Source: Bilabrum cf. latius (Eukaryota). From it: 64,000 bases of DNA. This document shows positions 37,401 through 50,760 of the stretch, in pieces. The notes under the pieces are model-generated. The model had not been told where the DNA came from. It did no database searches and saw only the letters and a list, made by a program, of their open reading frames with translations. The position numbers and the translations under genes are program-made. The stretch's first letter is position 1. Each line of letters opens with the position of its first letter. Location: the NCBI GenBank assembly GCA_965178125.1, contig OZ237737.1:310001-374000 (forward strand), read 5' to 3'.

Positions 37401-39375
37401 ATGCCAGCATGCAGCGAGACAGAGCTGCAGAGACCGACAGCCGCATGTGGCTCGGCTCTCGCTGGGCCATCTCGACCAAGAACGCAGCCGTGGATCCCGT
37501 CGAAGACACCGCAGCTGGCGCTCTGCCAGCCAGTAGGACGAGTTGCGAGTAGCAAGCCTCTCTTACTTTCTCCCTCTCGTTCCTATTGATCCCTTGCCGG
37601 ATGGATTCCCGGCCGTGTGCGTCGCCTGCCGCAAGCGAGCTGGCGGTGTGCGCAAATTGACCCGTCGCTGGGGACGCGCCCTTGCCCGCCGAATCGTCCT
37701 GCAAGGATCGGATCGCGTTCACGAGGCCGGCTAGCAGGATAGGCGCAAGGCGCTTCAGCACCGCCTCGGGCGTCCTGCGAAGAAACGACGATACGAAAGG
37801 TGCCGCGGCCCGTCGCACTCTCAGGGAGGCCTTCTTGGACAAGAAGCACTGCGTCATTACAAGCGTCGCGTCCGGCATGACGTAGGCGGCCGTTCGGCTC
37901 CTCGACAGAATTCGGAGGGCCTCGATGCGAGATGTCTCCGGCCCCGGCAGCCGGCGCATGTGCTGCGGGGTGCTCTTGGTGGCACCCCCGAGCACGATCG
38001 AGAAGAGGTTTCGCAGCAAGAAGGCGACGACCCTCACGCGACGCATGGTCTGCCTCGGGTCCATCTATTCCACATCACTTTCGTCTGCTGTTGCACCGCC
38101 AGATCCAGCGGCAGGCAAGTCCTCGCAGAACGTCAGGTACCCCTCCCCCAGTGGGGCCTGCCTCTGCCTCTCGGCTGGAGGCAGCCCAACCGCAGCCAGG
38201 CGGGTCGTGGCCTTGTCAGGCGCCCCCGCCTCGAAATCGACGTGCTCCAGAGGGGTGCTCCCGATGCACCGCTCCAGCACCGACCTGGCCTCCTGCCTGA
38301 CACTGTCCGTGCCGTCTCCCAGCGCAGCCACCGCCGCGGCAACTCCGAACGCGTCGGGAAGGGCCCGAGACCCCGCGACTTTTAGCAGCGCCACTTTCCT
38401 CTTGGCCAGCTCTGCAGGGGGCGGCAGCGCCTTGGCCCCTGTTTTCTGGTCACCTCCTGCAGCCGCCCACAGCGCGTTGTAGCTTAGTCCCGGGGAGATC
38501 CGTGTGGCTGGGCCTTGGGCCTGGGCTTGGGCGGGTGTCGCACCGCCCCCAGCAGCCCCCACGCCCCCGCTTGGCGGCCTCTGCAATAGCATGTAATCGA
38601 TCGCAAATGTCGCAAACGTGATAGCGTTGGAGCACCACTCCTGGGGCGCCTCGAAGACCGGCTGGTTCCAGACGCTGGGCAGGGCAAGCGTGCTCGCTTG
38701 CGCATCTTCCAGCAGCGAGGATGGCTCCGGCAACTGGTCAATGCTCGTCTTGCTCGATAAAGATGCTACAGCCGCATCATCTGCTGGCGCTTCTGCCACG
38801 GGTACGCCGCCGTCGGGCGTCAGAGCTGAACCGTCGGCAGAGTTTGCTGGCGTTGCGGACCGATCGGCCCAGTCACCAACAAATCGGAGCATTCGCCTCC
38901 GTTTACTGTGATCAACGGGTAGTTCAACCCCAGCTAGGATGCCGGCAAGCATCCGGAGCAGCATTGGACGCTGCTGAGGCTGTGCTGCAAATGGCGAAAG
39001 CAGCAGCGGACCAAGAAGATCCTATCGCTGAGACTACCCACAGCGTGGCAACCCCAAGTTCAAAAAGACTGCAGCAATATTCCTCTGGCCACTATGTGGC
39101 GTTGCCGATCGCCGTAGCAAAATGGACAGAATTCTAGCCACTGGAACCTACACGTCGCTATTCGATTTGATTCGTGCAATGATCTGCCTGAGGATATCTC
39201 CATGCTTTTTTGCAGCCCCAGCAGTAGCCAGGAGTGGCATTGATTCGAGAAGCCACGGTAGCATTCTCTCTGCTATCACTGGGAGCTTGCTGTCATCTGC
39301 GAACACGATCCTCTGCAGTGTCGATTCCAACGCAGCCTCAGTAAGCTGCTACTTGATCTTGGCAGCCGAATCCAT
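31495..39375 (-). CDS. ECM29: Proteasome adapter and scaffold protein ECM29, HEAT repeats (~2626 aa)
   Basis: LQRIVFADDSKL...RIKSNSDV[TAG]VPV, YKEVFDLASDTGNPELVYRFIGLA, IPQLFLRMHDPDPRVQDAMQSLWRALV. Ten ORF-track fragments share one frame and are separated only by about 13 TAG. Ends TGA. Confidence 0.88.
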
Positions 39376-39562
39376 GATTATCTAGAGTAACGTATCGCTT
39401 TACTCAAAAATAGCTTCGAAAAAAGTGAGTAAAATCCCTAGTTCAGACAGTGGGAGGCGATTTGCAGTTCGCGAAGCAAGTTGCCGAGTGACGTAAACAG
39501 CACGTTACAACTACTCAGACAGGCGAAAAAGAAACCTTAGCCTATCCCTCAAAAGCCGTGCA

Positions 39563-40287
39563 ATGGCAACGCATAACATGGACTGGGAAGAACTTCTAAC
39601 TCATATTTCTCCATTCACTTGGGGCTACATGGGTGTCGTATCTGCGCTTGTTTTTTGCGTGATTGGGGCCGGCATGTAAGACTGATTTTCTGCATTGAGG
39701 TCGCCTCGGTTACAGACCCGCCCTTTACAGTCTCAATACCGATCAGTTCATTGATTCTTGCAGAGGGATCTATATTACTGGGTCAACAATCATGGGAGCG
39801 GCAGTTCTTGCACCCAGAATATCTTCGAAGAGTTTAATAAGGTACGTAACAAGTGTTTGTGGCTGCTGATCGCCGAGGATCCAGCATGATCTATAAATTT
39901 ACTAAAATGGAGTTTATATTACTTGCACGCAGCGTGATCTTTTGCGAAGCTTCGGCTATATATGGAGTGATCATTGCGATCGTTCTGCTCAACAAAATTA
40001 GGGTACCAGGCGGGATAGAGGGCGGAGTATTGCCGGAGTCGTTCGACGTCAACGCGTTCTACTATGCAGGATATGCTGTATTTGCCTCAGGAATCTCAGT
40101 TGGTCTGCCAAACGTTGCCGCTGCCATCTGCGTCGGGATGGCAGGCAGCTCGTGCGCGCTGTCAGATGCGCAGAATCCGGACTTGTTCGTGCCACTGCTG
40201 ATCGTAGAGATCTTTGGCAGCGCCCTTGGCGTCTTTGGGATTATTGTAGCCATTCTGGTGTCCAACCAGGGCCAGTTTCCATCGTGA
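39563..40287 (+). CDS. VMA16: V-type ATPase 21-kDa proteolipid subunit c'', 3 exons
   Basis: [69 protein letters not shown]. Introns 39676-39763 and 39842-39932. Ends TGA. Confidence 0.93.
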
Positions 40288-40677
40288 CTGACTGGGTGGT
40301 GCACTGTGGGCCCTGCGAACTGGTCACTGTGTGGGGTTGCGTGGAATGGATTATAGCGGCAGTGATTCAGGCTCCAATGTTTAACAAACTCAGCAAATTC
40401 TCACATCGCAAGCTTATGCCAGTCGGCAGCAGCCGGTTCGGATCTGGCGTCTGCTGTCTGCCTCCACACAACAGTTGCCTCACGATACGTCGCCGCTTGC
40501 CCATGCTGCCGCTACCTTTTACAATTATATCACATCCGCCCAAAGAGCGCCCCAGGGATTGGCATGGAACTCGAATCGATCCGCGGACCACGGCGCTGCT
40601 TGGTTGCGTGCACATAGACTAGATCCGCTCTGCATTGGCCGATGCAGTCATCCTTGCACTGAAAGCTTGGCCTAAAC

Positions 40678-41088
40678 ATGCAGGTCAGTACTATTCGTGT
40701 TGGTTTGGCGGTCATCTATGGAATTGTGCTCATTGTAGGTGGAGTTATCGGCTACTTCAAGACTGGCTCGCTGATATCTGGGATCATGGGCTCTCTCTCA
40801 GGACTTGCAGTCATCGGGCTGGAGTATGCATTTCTGACAGGAATTAGAAGCAAGTCAGACTCTAGCGTGTCGTCTATCTGCATCGCCCAGGCTGCAGTTG
40901 CTGGGATATTGGTGGTTGCAATGGGGTTTCGGTACTTTAAGACCGGCAAATTCATGCCTGCTGGGCTCGTTCTATCCCTTTCGTTCTTCATGGGATTTGT
41001 CTATATGACCAGGGTACTGAACCTCTCGAGCGGCATTCCTGTTGTTGATGTTCCAGCGATGCAGGCCGAGAGTGCAAAGGACCTGTGA
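40678..41088 (+). CDS. TMEM14/FAX family small membrane protein
   Basis: YGIVLIVGGVIGYFKTGSLISGIMG and MGFRYFKTGKFMPAGL signatures. Ends TGA. Confidence 0.88.
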   Translation: MQVSTIRVGLAVIYGIVLIVGGVIGYFKTGSLISGIMGSLSGLAVIGLEYAFLTGIRSKSDSSVSSICIAQAAVAGILVVAMGFRYFKTGKFMPAGLVLSLSFFMGFVYMTRVLNLSSGIPVVDVPAMQAESAKDL

Positions 41089-41176
41089 ATGAATGCGTGC
41101 TTGCCACAGTGTCCGCTAGGTGGACTCATGGTAGCATAGAACCACGAAATAAGTAGAAACACGCATCAAATGCAAA

Positions 41177-41956
41177 TCACGAATCGCTGCACCCGACAAG
41201 CTCCTCAAGCCGATCCGAGGCGGCTCGAAACACTTCCCAACCGATCCAAGCTGCCATCAACTGCGAGCATGCTATCATAATGGGCGTAGCAATGTATGGT
41301 GTATAAGGTATTGGGGTCATTGTCAGCAGCAAGGGTGGTAGCTTAATTCTTACGGCCCTAAGAATTCCAAACGCCGTCGAAGTGAGTGGTGTTGCCGCAA
41401 TGGCGAGCAGCGACGGGGCACCAGAACACTCTGCAGCCTTTGTGCACGCGCCGTTTCGGCGGGGCAGAAGCATTTGATTAGCAAGAGCTAGCACAGCGGG
41501 CTGAATGGCCCTGCTAACCACAAGATCAGCTGCCGCAGCAGACACTACCGCAGCCACACACGATAGGACGCGAACGGTCCAAAGTAGCCAGCCCTGAGCC
41601 GTCTCGAGCTGACGTACCCTGCCCTACAACCTAGACACGTTTGCTCGGTTCAGCCTTGCTAGAGCGATCGCAGCCCGCGAAACCCCGAGGGCCGTTGCGA
41701 CGCATCTTTGCAGCCTACCGACTCGATCACTGACCTGGACTAGACTCTTCTTGAGTCTGCTGCAGAGCGCCTGCACACGAAGAAATGGCAATTAGTTTGT
41801 TGTATTGTGCTCCCAAGTCGACTTTTTGTCGCCATTGATCGGGTGGACTGCACCGCTAACCTTGTTTAAATCGATGTTTCTAGCATTTCTAGCGACAGCC
41901 GCTGATAGTACGGAGACTTGGTAGGTTAATGTGCTAATACACTTGGTCATTGCCAT
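41177..41956 (-). CDS. Hypothetical membrane protein, 2 exons
   Basis: Exons 41956-41861 and 41770-41177 (GTTAG..CTAAT..TGCAG, phase 0). One TAG, hydrophobic C-terminal segments, ends TGA. No family recognised. Confidence 0.5.
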
Positions 41957-42093
41957 CACAACATGAAAATTAACTTGCTATGCTCTGTGATTACGGACCA
42001 GTTGCACCTGGATGATTTAAGTTCCGCTACTTGCGCGGCGCCCCGCCGGGAAGCTGGCCGCCATCGAGCACAAGCAAACTTTGCGTCCTTGCC

Positions 42094-42734
42094 ATGGGCA
42101 TCCGTCGATTGGCGATGCGAAAATTAAGCAGACGCGGGGAGCATAGGATCAGCATGCTTAAGACCATGACTGACTAGCTTGTTACGCACGAGAGAATACG
42201 CACGACTGTCCCGAAAGCGAAAGAGTTGAGGCGCATGGTTGATCACGTAGTTATGCTCGGGCGAAAAGGTGAGACATCGTAGATATTATTTCTTATGTCT
42301 TTATTCTTGGCTTTGACTTGTTTTTCCAGTGATTTTACCATTGATTGAACCCGCAGGTGACTTCAATGCCAGGAAGGAAGCATGGAAATACCTTAGATCA
42401 TCCATGACTGTTAATAAGTTGTTTGACGAGATTGGTCCAAGATACGAGTGAGAATTATTGCAGTGCCCGTACTTAAGTGCAGCCTGCTACGCTGTGACAT
42501 CTGTTCTGGTGCTCCCGTGGCAAGTACCTCGTTCGCAGGCACCGTGTGGGCGGGTACACGCGACTCTTGCGTTGCGGATTCCGAAGAGGTGACGGTGCGC
42601 CCATGTGTTTCATTGAGCTAGTTGATAGAGAGGGCGAGCTTCGCCCGGCACGTCCGGTGGGCCCAGTGGAAGGCATGGAAGTCGTGGTGGAAGGCGAGGC
42701 GGCACAAGCCGCTGAGGCAGAGGGGCGGCAGTGA
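42094..42734 (+). CDS. MRPL17: Ribosomal protein L17 (bL17, probably mitochondrial), 3 exons
   Basis: [19 protein letters not shown][TAG][56 protein letters not shown]. Introns 42269-42356 and 42448-42538. Ends TGA. Confidence 0.93.
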
Positions 42735-42799
42735 AGGCAGCGCGACGATGCACAGTGGCATTGACACAATAAATTTGGATTCCAGTTTGCTTCTCTGCA

Positions 42800-45046
42800 T
42801 CACAAGCGAACTCCCCTGTACACGCCAAGCACGCCAGAGTGGCTCACAGTCGCACAGCAAAGCAGCTCCTCCTCGTCCTCTTCCTCGTCCTCTTCCTCTC
42901 TGCCCTTTGCAACGTCAACAACCGCCCCACTTGGCGCACTTTTTGCTCCCGCTTCCGACACCCGCGCCATCTCCAGCGCAGCCTCCATCTGCCTCCGCGA
43001 CGGCACCCCGAGCGACGTCCTCCCCACGGAGGCCCACGCCTAGCCCCCGACCGCTCGAAGGTCGAGGCCGGTCAGAATGGCCTCGCATTCGATGGGTCCG
43101 GTACTACCGCCGACTGCTTGTTCCCTGGGGAACACGCGCACCAAGCCGTCAGAGCATGCCACAGAAAGCGCACCAGCACCGGCACCAGCACCAGTACCAC
43201 CTCCAGCACCAGCGCCAGCACCAGCGCCAGCACCAGCGCCAGCACCAGCACCAGCACCAGCACCAGCACCAGTACCACCTCCAGCACCAGCGCCAGCACC
43301 AGCGCCAGCACCAGCGCCAGCACCAGCGCCAGCACATTCGCTTGCCTTGGCCCATTCGGCCCCAAAGGGATGCTCCAGCACGCGCAAGCTGCACGGCACT
43401 GCGTTCCGCAAGCGATCCGCACCCGCTGCCAGCGTGCCCTCTACAGCCGCACCGCCGCCCCACCCGCCCCCAACACCCCCAGAAGACTCCGCGCTCTCTT
43501 CGATAGCGAGGGCGGCAGATGGCACGCGCAAGTCCCAGTGAAACACCCTTTCGCTCTGGGCTGCACCCCACACGTCGAACTCGCTGTGCTCTCCCCGTCT
43601 GCTGCTGCTTCGGCTGCTGCTGCGGCTACCACCCCCTGCACCACCGACGCCATCTGGCGCCTTGCTGGCATGTCCCACCGCAACAAACGACTCCTGCATC
43701 GACTCTGTCGCCACTCCAGCGGGTGCATCGTCGGGCTCCTCGGGGCCTCCCGCTCCGCTTGCCGCCCCGCCAGCTCTTTTCCTACCTGCAGCAGCAAAAG
43801 CAGCAGAGGCCGGGGGGGGCGGTGCGAGCAATCTGCACGCTACTTTCGGCGCCCGCAGGTCGACGATTCCCACGTGACCTTCCCCCATCCACCTCCTGGG
43901 CACAGAGCTGCTCGTTGCCGCGCTCGTAGCAGCCGATGCTCGCAACTCCCTGCCGGTGCTTGCTCCCGACGATGAGGATGACGAGTATGACAAGGCAGCA
44001 GCCGCTCTGACTCGGCTGGATCGAAGCACCTCGGCGGCGCCCACTCCTGCGGGCGCAGACAATGCTGCCAGCTGGGCAGCCGGCTCAATCGTCACACCGC
44101 CCGACTCGCACCCGTACAAGACCACCGGAGCCCGAGCACTTGCTCCAGTGCTCGCTCCAAGCTGCTCGGCCGCTCGAACTGTGCCCCCGACGTGCCATGC
44201 GCCCACAGGTTTCGCGGTCGCAACCTCCCATGATCGGATCACGCAGTCCCGGCCGCCGCTGACCACCGTCCTCCCCTGGCCGAGGGGCACAGCGGTCAGC
44301 ACGCCGCCCGTGTGTCCCCTCAGGACGGCCCCGCAGTGCCCAGTGCTCGCCGACCAGATTCTGACGCTCATATCGCTGCTGGCACTAAGCACCGCGCCGC
44401 CATTCGCTATGAAGCGGGCGCTGTTGACGTCGAGCAAGTGCCCAGACATGACCACGGCGCCCTTCGGCAGCTTGGGGTCTGGCAGGCGGGGCTCTAGCAC
44501 AGCGCCAGTGCCGGCATCATCGCTAGTGGACCCATTTGGAAAGGACTCCTGGGTTACATTGCTTCCTCTTCCGGCTGCAGCCTGGATCGCCTGGCTTTGT
44601 GCTGTTGTCGGAGACGGTGGCGGCTCTGCATCTCTGGAAGCTCTCCCAAACGTTCTAGCCAAACCTCTGGGCAGCGTAACCAAAACTCCAGACTCCCCAC
44701 CAGCCACTACAGAGGCTGTTCGACCATCAACGTCGACACAGAGCAGTTTCTCAGCGCATAAACGTGTCCACGTCGCTGGACCGAACGCTGTGCTGGAAAG
44801 TGATCGACTAGTATTGATCTCATCGCCAGCACCAGTTGGTTTAAAGACCCACCGCGACTGTAATCGTCTCGATTGACGAGCCCGCCGGTCAATTCGTGTT
44901 GAAATCTCGCAAATTGCTTCAATCGTGCAGGTACTGTCACCAGTGCGATTCTCAATCGATGCCTCCGCGATACCATTCGCGTGCAAAGCATCCATTCGAA
45001 TGCTCGAATCAGATTTAATATCGTGCCAACCTCTTTGGATGTCCAT
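42800..45046 (-). CDS. PAAF1: WD40 protein, proteasomal ATPase-associated factor 1 / Rpn14-like
   Basis: IQRGW N-terminus, GHLLDVNSARF...VLSASSDMSVRIWS...LRGHTGGV...GRTVVSGGRD, LTGLD. Readthrough of TAG 43040-43042 adds the last strand-like segment and ends at TGA 42800-42802. Confidence 0.75.
43170..43335. repeat. (CCAGCA/CCAGCG)n hexamer repeat encoding poly(Gly-Ala) inside the PAAF1-like gene
   Basis: Visible hexamer array. The variant CCAGTACCAC recurs at 43191 and 43269, a 78-bp higher-order period. Confidence 0.95.
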
Positions 45047-45185
45047 TTTGCGGATTACCTCGCTAAATCCGCCCAGCTTGCTTCAGATTGCGCTTCTTGT
45101 CGATTTTCGAATTGGTTCCGCTATCCATGTGCGCGGCGCCGAGACGAAGTTGCCGTTGGAGCATGGTCAATCCATTCGTTGCATA

Positions 45186-47687
45186 ATGAGCGCTACCTTA
45201 GATAGACGAATCCATGACATTTTTGATGCTGAACGGTAGCAGCTACTTGATGATTTAGCCGCTGCAGAGGACAGGTTAGAGTCAAAAGAGTCTGAGAAGT
45301 AGAGAATGGAGCGAAAGCTCGTTGCAGCAAACTCTAGGCTAAAAGCGGAGCTGTAGTCGATTCAGAAAGAATTTGAGCAGTAGCGAGAGGCTAACTGCAA
45401 AGCTGTAGTTGGAATGTCTCGCTTCAGGGAGAAGTCTGATGCGGCTGAGGAGGAGGTTGTGCACCTGCGTGCCAGGTTGGAAGATTCGGAAGGCCGCTAC
45501 CGGAACGAGAGGCGACTGCGGGCGGCCGCGGAGAAGTCTTGGTCGGAAAAATATACGTAGTTACAGGCAGAGACCCTGCGCGTCCGCAGGCTAGCGGACG
45601 AGCGGCTGGGCTTGATCGACGTTAAGCAGAGGGAGTGGTCGCAAGATCGAAGCAAGCTGCAAGCCCAGCTCGATGCCCTCCGCCTCGAGATAGGCAGAGA
45701 GGCCGGCTTGCTTGCAGGGGATCCCTCACACCGGCATCAAGGAGGCGCACAGGTCAGACAGACCAGCAAGCAAGGGGGTAGTGCCAGTGGTGTCAGTGCC
45801 AGTCGGGGCAAACAGGAGCACGACTCGGAGCAGCTGCACGGCGAGGGTGGCGTCGAGTCGGAGGACGACGAGCTCGTGGCAGATGCTGCACTGAGGCGAG
45901 CGGAGCGGGAGGGGGGGCACAGCGGACAGGAAAGTGCCCCTGGGAGCGTCACGGTGGGGCGGTGGGAGGGGAGCCGGGCGGGCGATGAGTCAGTCGGCGC
46001 GATGGGCGATGCCTGGGCACACCGCGACGGAAGTGACAATGCGGGACATAATGGTGGGTTTACCCATGCCGCCGTGAGACGGAGGCAGGGGCGCCTCATT
46101 CGGGAGCTGAGACAGCGCTGCAGGCAGCTGCGCGCTGAGGTGCATAGGGAACAGATGGACGCGGAGCAGGCCACGGAAGACGCAAGAAAGGAGCATCAGC
46201 GCGCCCTTGATGACCTCAAGAGCAACCAGGCAGCGCAGCTTCGAGCCCACCAAGAGGCGCTCTAGCAGCTGAACGAGCGACTGAAGGAGAAAGCGGCACA
46301 GGCGCGACAGCTGTCCAGCAACCTCAAGACAGCCGAGAGGGAGCGGGCGACTCTAGGGGAACAGCTGGGCAAATCCAGGGCGGAGTGCGCGACAGTGCAG
46401 CAGACGGTGCACGAGCTCCGAAGGGAATTGGAAAGGCTGGTGCACGCGGGCGCTTCGGAGATTTAGCAGCGGGTGGAGGCTGCCAGCCAGAGCGCGGCGC
46501 GAGTGGTCCAGCAGCATTAGACGGACCTGAGGGACTGCAGGAGCGAGCTTGCCCAGGCAAGGAGCCGGGGGGCGACACTCGAGACGGAGCTCGACGAGGC
46601 GCGGGGGTCGATCGCAGGGCTACGGGCCCGGCTGGAGGCTGCTCGGGGCGATGCTGCCAGCGCGCGAGCCGAGGCAGCGGAAGCGAGGACTCGCCTGGAG
46701 ATGCTAGAGAGCAGGAGGCAGGAATAGCTGCGTGACGGTGGGATCGAGGGTGGCACAGGACAGGAAAAAATAGGTAATGGTGAATCGATGGCCCGTGGGA
46801 TCATCGGCCGGCTGCACGCGGACAACGCCAGGCTGCTGCAGCGCGAGGCAGACCTGATCGAGAGGTGCAGGGCGCTGGAGGCGCAGCACGAGGCCGGCGA
46901 GGCGCAGTGCAATCGGCTGAGAGGAGAGATCCAGAAGCTGCTGCAGGCGCTGGAGGACGGGCGCGAGCGGCAAGGTGGCCTCAAGGGGCTCATTCGGGAC
47001 CTGCAGCAGGACCGGCTGCGGCTTCGGGCTGAGATGAAGCGAATGCAGGGCGTGCTTGCGGTGGAGGATGGCTAGGGCAAGGGCAGGGTGCCATCCCATC
47101 CGGATGGATCATTGCTTGTGTCTTCTACGGGGCCTGTAGAAGAGAGCAAGGGTGAGTCTGGCGTTGGATTCGCATTCGGAGGGTACTTGCCGGTGGGTCC
47201 CTCTGTCGCAGCGCAAGCCGTGCGGGGGCTGGTGGCCCCTGCATCATCCCTGCAGTCCACGCCGGATGGTGGGAGGACAGAGAAGGGCAAATATGGTGGT
47301 CGGGGCCAGCTGATGTACCAACCGACGGCAGTCGGTGGCACAAATGCGCAAGCCGTCGCGGACGCTGGTTCTAGGCGGGACCGGGGCTACGTGCACGGTG
47401 CTCGGGATGTCGTTGGTGACGAGACGCAGGACCCGGCGGATCACAGGGCGCTGTAGCAGGCGGGTGTGTCTGGGTTGGGAAGTCATGGTCGGGGTCTGAT
47501 GGATCCCGGTGAAGGGAGTAGTGGTGAGTGGGCTGACAGGCAGACGGACGTGTGGGAATCGAGTGGTGGCGGTGGCAAGGCGCCGGAGAAGTGGTCGGGT
47601 CTGAGCACGGCAGAGTTTCGTTAGGATGTGCTCATGTCTCGCCAGTACTCGCCGGGAGGAGGCCGGTTGGTCCAGCGACGGACATGA
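45186..47687 (+). CDS. Coiled-coil protein of unknown function (~833 aa)
   Basis: One E/Q/R/L-rich heptad-like frame across about 12 TAG, many adjacent to CAG. Ends TGA 47685-47687. Confidence 0.75.
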
Positions 47688-47914
47688 CTGTTGGGCAAGG
47701 CAATGCACACGGATTGCAGCTGGTCTTTGGAGTGGTCGAATTGGGAAAGACTCTGAGAACGGGCTGGTACTCGAAAGGTGTGAGGGGTGAGGAGAGAGAT
47801 GTAGAAGATTTCATACGGGCCCGGAATTTAAGCGACCATACAGGATTGATTTCGAGCGTACGTGTATCTAGTCTAGGCGCTGCCGTGAGAACGATGCCCA
47901 AGGCCAGCTCGCAA

Positions 47915-50221
47915 TCACTCCAGCTTACCTCCAACGGTGGCGCTCGCTGAGCCTGGTGCCGCTTCATGATTGCCTGGCTCTACACCAGCGCATACCGCCG
48001 CATTAGCCCCCGCACTACCGACACTATCTTCCTCCATACGCACAGTCACCTGCGGCCTGCCGAAGTCCACCCCGGAGTGTGTCTCTCTGGCCAGTGGGTC
48101 GTAGCCCTTGGGGGGTGGTCCGTGCCTGCGGATGAATGGGCTGGCCTCGCCGCACAGATGCAGGTAGGCACACCCGCGGCACTTCCACTCCTGCTGCTCG
48201 CTGGGCCCTCGGGGCTGTGTCTCGCCAGCTAGCAGCCTAGCGATCCTCCTGCCCATCGCGAGCACCTTGCCGGGCACTGACCTCCATTCATGTGTCCCAA
48301 TGGCCTTGCCGGTCCCCTGATGCTCGTACTGCAGTTCACAGGTCCTGCTCAGGGGAGGAAGGCGCCCATATGCATGGAATGCGGCGCGAAGCAGCAGGCG
48401 CAGAGTCCAGACCATTTCGGCAGTGCTAACTGCATCAGGACCACTATCGACAGCACTTGCGCTGCTGCTGCTGCTGCTGCTGCTGCTGACCACTGCAGAT
48501 GAATCAGAATCGTTTGATTCGCCGGCTCCACGTGATACTGGTACGGGCTCCTCGTGATCGTCAGAGTCGTCAGTATCGCCGAGCAAGTCGACCACATCAC
48601 GCCCGGTGGTACTTGGCAGTACCGGTGGTGGCTATACTGCGCCGTGGGCGGCCAACTGGTGATGAAAGTCTGTCGCAGGCCCAGTAGTGCCCACCACGGA
48701 CCGTTCTACCTGCTCGCTAAACGGTGCATCCAAGTCTGCCCCTTGCTGCTCCAGCAGCGACTCGATTGCGGCCAGGAACTCCTCCATGCTGTCGTAGGCA
48801 CTCGACAATCCTATACACGGGTTCCGCAGGCGCATTCCGTGTTTGCTGCTACCATCATGTGAGGCAGCTATGCTACTGGATGATGCATCTATCGATGCCT
48901 TTGCTTGTGCATCGCTGCCAGCACCAGACCGTGAATGTCCTTGAGAGCTAGAGGTGCAGACCTGCACCAAGCTGGGCTGTTTCAAAGACCGCCCTGGTGC
49001 TGGCGCTTCCCTCCCCCCGGCATGCGGTTTACCTATTGGTGTAGCGCGATCCACCCGTCGTTTTGCTTTTGGTGATTCACCGTCGCAAGGTTCCTCGCAT
49101 GAAGCAACCTCTCCTGGTCGCCAAGTCAACCCTTCCAAAGCCTATTGCCCTGCTGCTTCGTGATGGGTCTGCTTCTATTCGGGGATTGACGATTCGCTTG
49201 ATGAGCCGTCCCTAGATCGCTTGCTGCCTGGCAATGCGATCGAAGCTGTTCTTGCTTTGCTATAAGGGGCACTTGCATGGACGGAGCTTGCTCGCAGCTG
49301 CTGCTACTAGCTGGAGCGAAAGCCAGCACGGCGATGCTCGGTTGCGCGGCCTGCTGCGAGCTGCCGCGCGCCGTCTAGAAGCATACGGTACGTGTCTACC
49401 TACAGCATGCTGGTACGCTTTTGCGCATCTGAAGGCATCGATGCTCTCTGCCTGGTCTTGTTGTCCCGCACCAGGCACTCTTGCGGTCCCCCGTAGCTGA
49501 GCTCGCTCGACGACCGAGCAGCCAGCGGACCGGACGCGTGTCCGGCAGGGTGTCGTCGCAGAAGCAATTCGTCTGCGATCCCAAACAAAAGCAGTTTGGT
49601 GTGATGCACCCGGCTCTTGATGGTCTTCGGAGAATCTGCTGGAGCACTTGCTGAAGGCCGCGACAATCCGGTTGCACCAGCAGCCATCGAAGCCGTCTCC
49701 GATGATGCGCTGGCGCTTCTTCTCGGCACAGGGTCCTCCTGGCTGTTTGATAACGGCAAATCCAGCACTCCAAACACAGGAATCTCTCTGGTCCTTCCTT
49801 GGCTGAGCTCTCCAATGCAGAATATGGTGTTGACGAGATGAAGCGCCCAGCGGTCGGCTTCTGTATGGGTCTCAATAGGAAGAACTTCGTGTACCTGTTT
49901 TTCAAGTTCGTCGTGTCTAATACTCCCAGCGACCATAGCCGCAGACCGTGGCGGTTTGCCTATTTGAATGTTGTAGATAGTCTCTCTTTCACACCATGCA
50001 AAGGACGCAAAGCGAGTGATGGAAAGCTGCGGTCTAGCAAACTGTACATGCACTTTGCTGCCATTTAGGCCGGAGTATCGTCTCCACATCTTTTTATGCC
50101 AGTCTATTGCCACGACTAGCGATCCAACTGCCGCATCGTCAATGTCCTCAATATCGTCAATACTGGCCGATTCTTGCGGAGTGCAATCGCGCGACAGGAT
50201 TCCAATTGATGCCTGGAGCAT
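47915..50221 (-). CDS. EXO5: Exonuclease V (EXO5/Dem1), Fe-S RecB-type nuclease (~768 aa)
   Basis: LSITRFASFAWCE, MVAGSIRHDELE, TREIPVFG, FGIADEL, DNKTR, ML[TAG]VDTY (QxxxY), and C-terminal EWKCRGCAYLHLC. Six TAG. Ends TGA. Confidence 0.88.
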
Positions 50222-50760
50222 ATGGTGATAAACAGCGCGTCAATGCTCTAGTACACATCGCGTAGTGGCCGCGCCAAGCCCCTACGGATTATGGCCAATG
50301 GTGACGAGTGATGTAGTGGTTGGGTGAGGGTGGTCAGGTCAGGGCAGGGTGGGGCATTGTGCAGGGCTTTTTGGCATTGAAAAGATGCTGACTGGTATGT
50401 AGCAGCTCGCTAGGGGTGCCAATAGAACTAGTGGGGCGCACTACCCCCGTCCTGCGTATCGAAAGGCGATAATCTGCGACCACCGCCGGCGTGGTTGCCA
50501 AGGCAGGCAAGCGACCACCGCCAGCCACAGGCAAGCCCGTGCTTTGCTGGACAGCCAGTGGGATCACCAACACAGCTACGAGTACTAGGTGCATCACTTA
50601 CTCTGCCAACGCGGTTCACACCTCAAAATCAAGTTGCTTCGCCATGATACTGCGACTTTACAGGGCTCGGTCGGCTGCGACGGCAGCAAGCATGAAAGAT
50701 GAATGCAGAAAATGGCGCAACGGATGCTGCTCGTTGAAATCCACTCTGGTGAGATCCAAT

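Noticed and set aside
47915-50221. Cas4-like nuclease suggesting a CRISPR or casposon system
   Set aside because: Motif order and context match eukaryotic EXO5, which shares the Fe-S RecB fold. No cas1, array or terminal repeats nearby.
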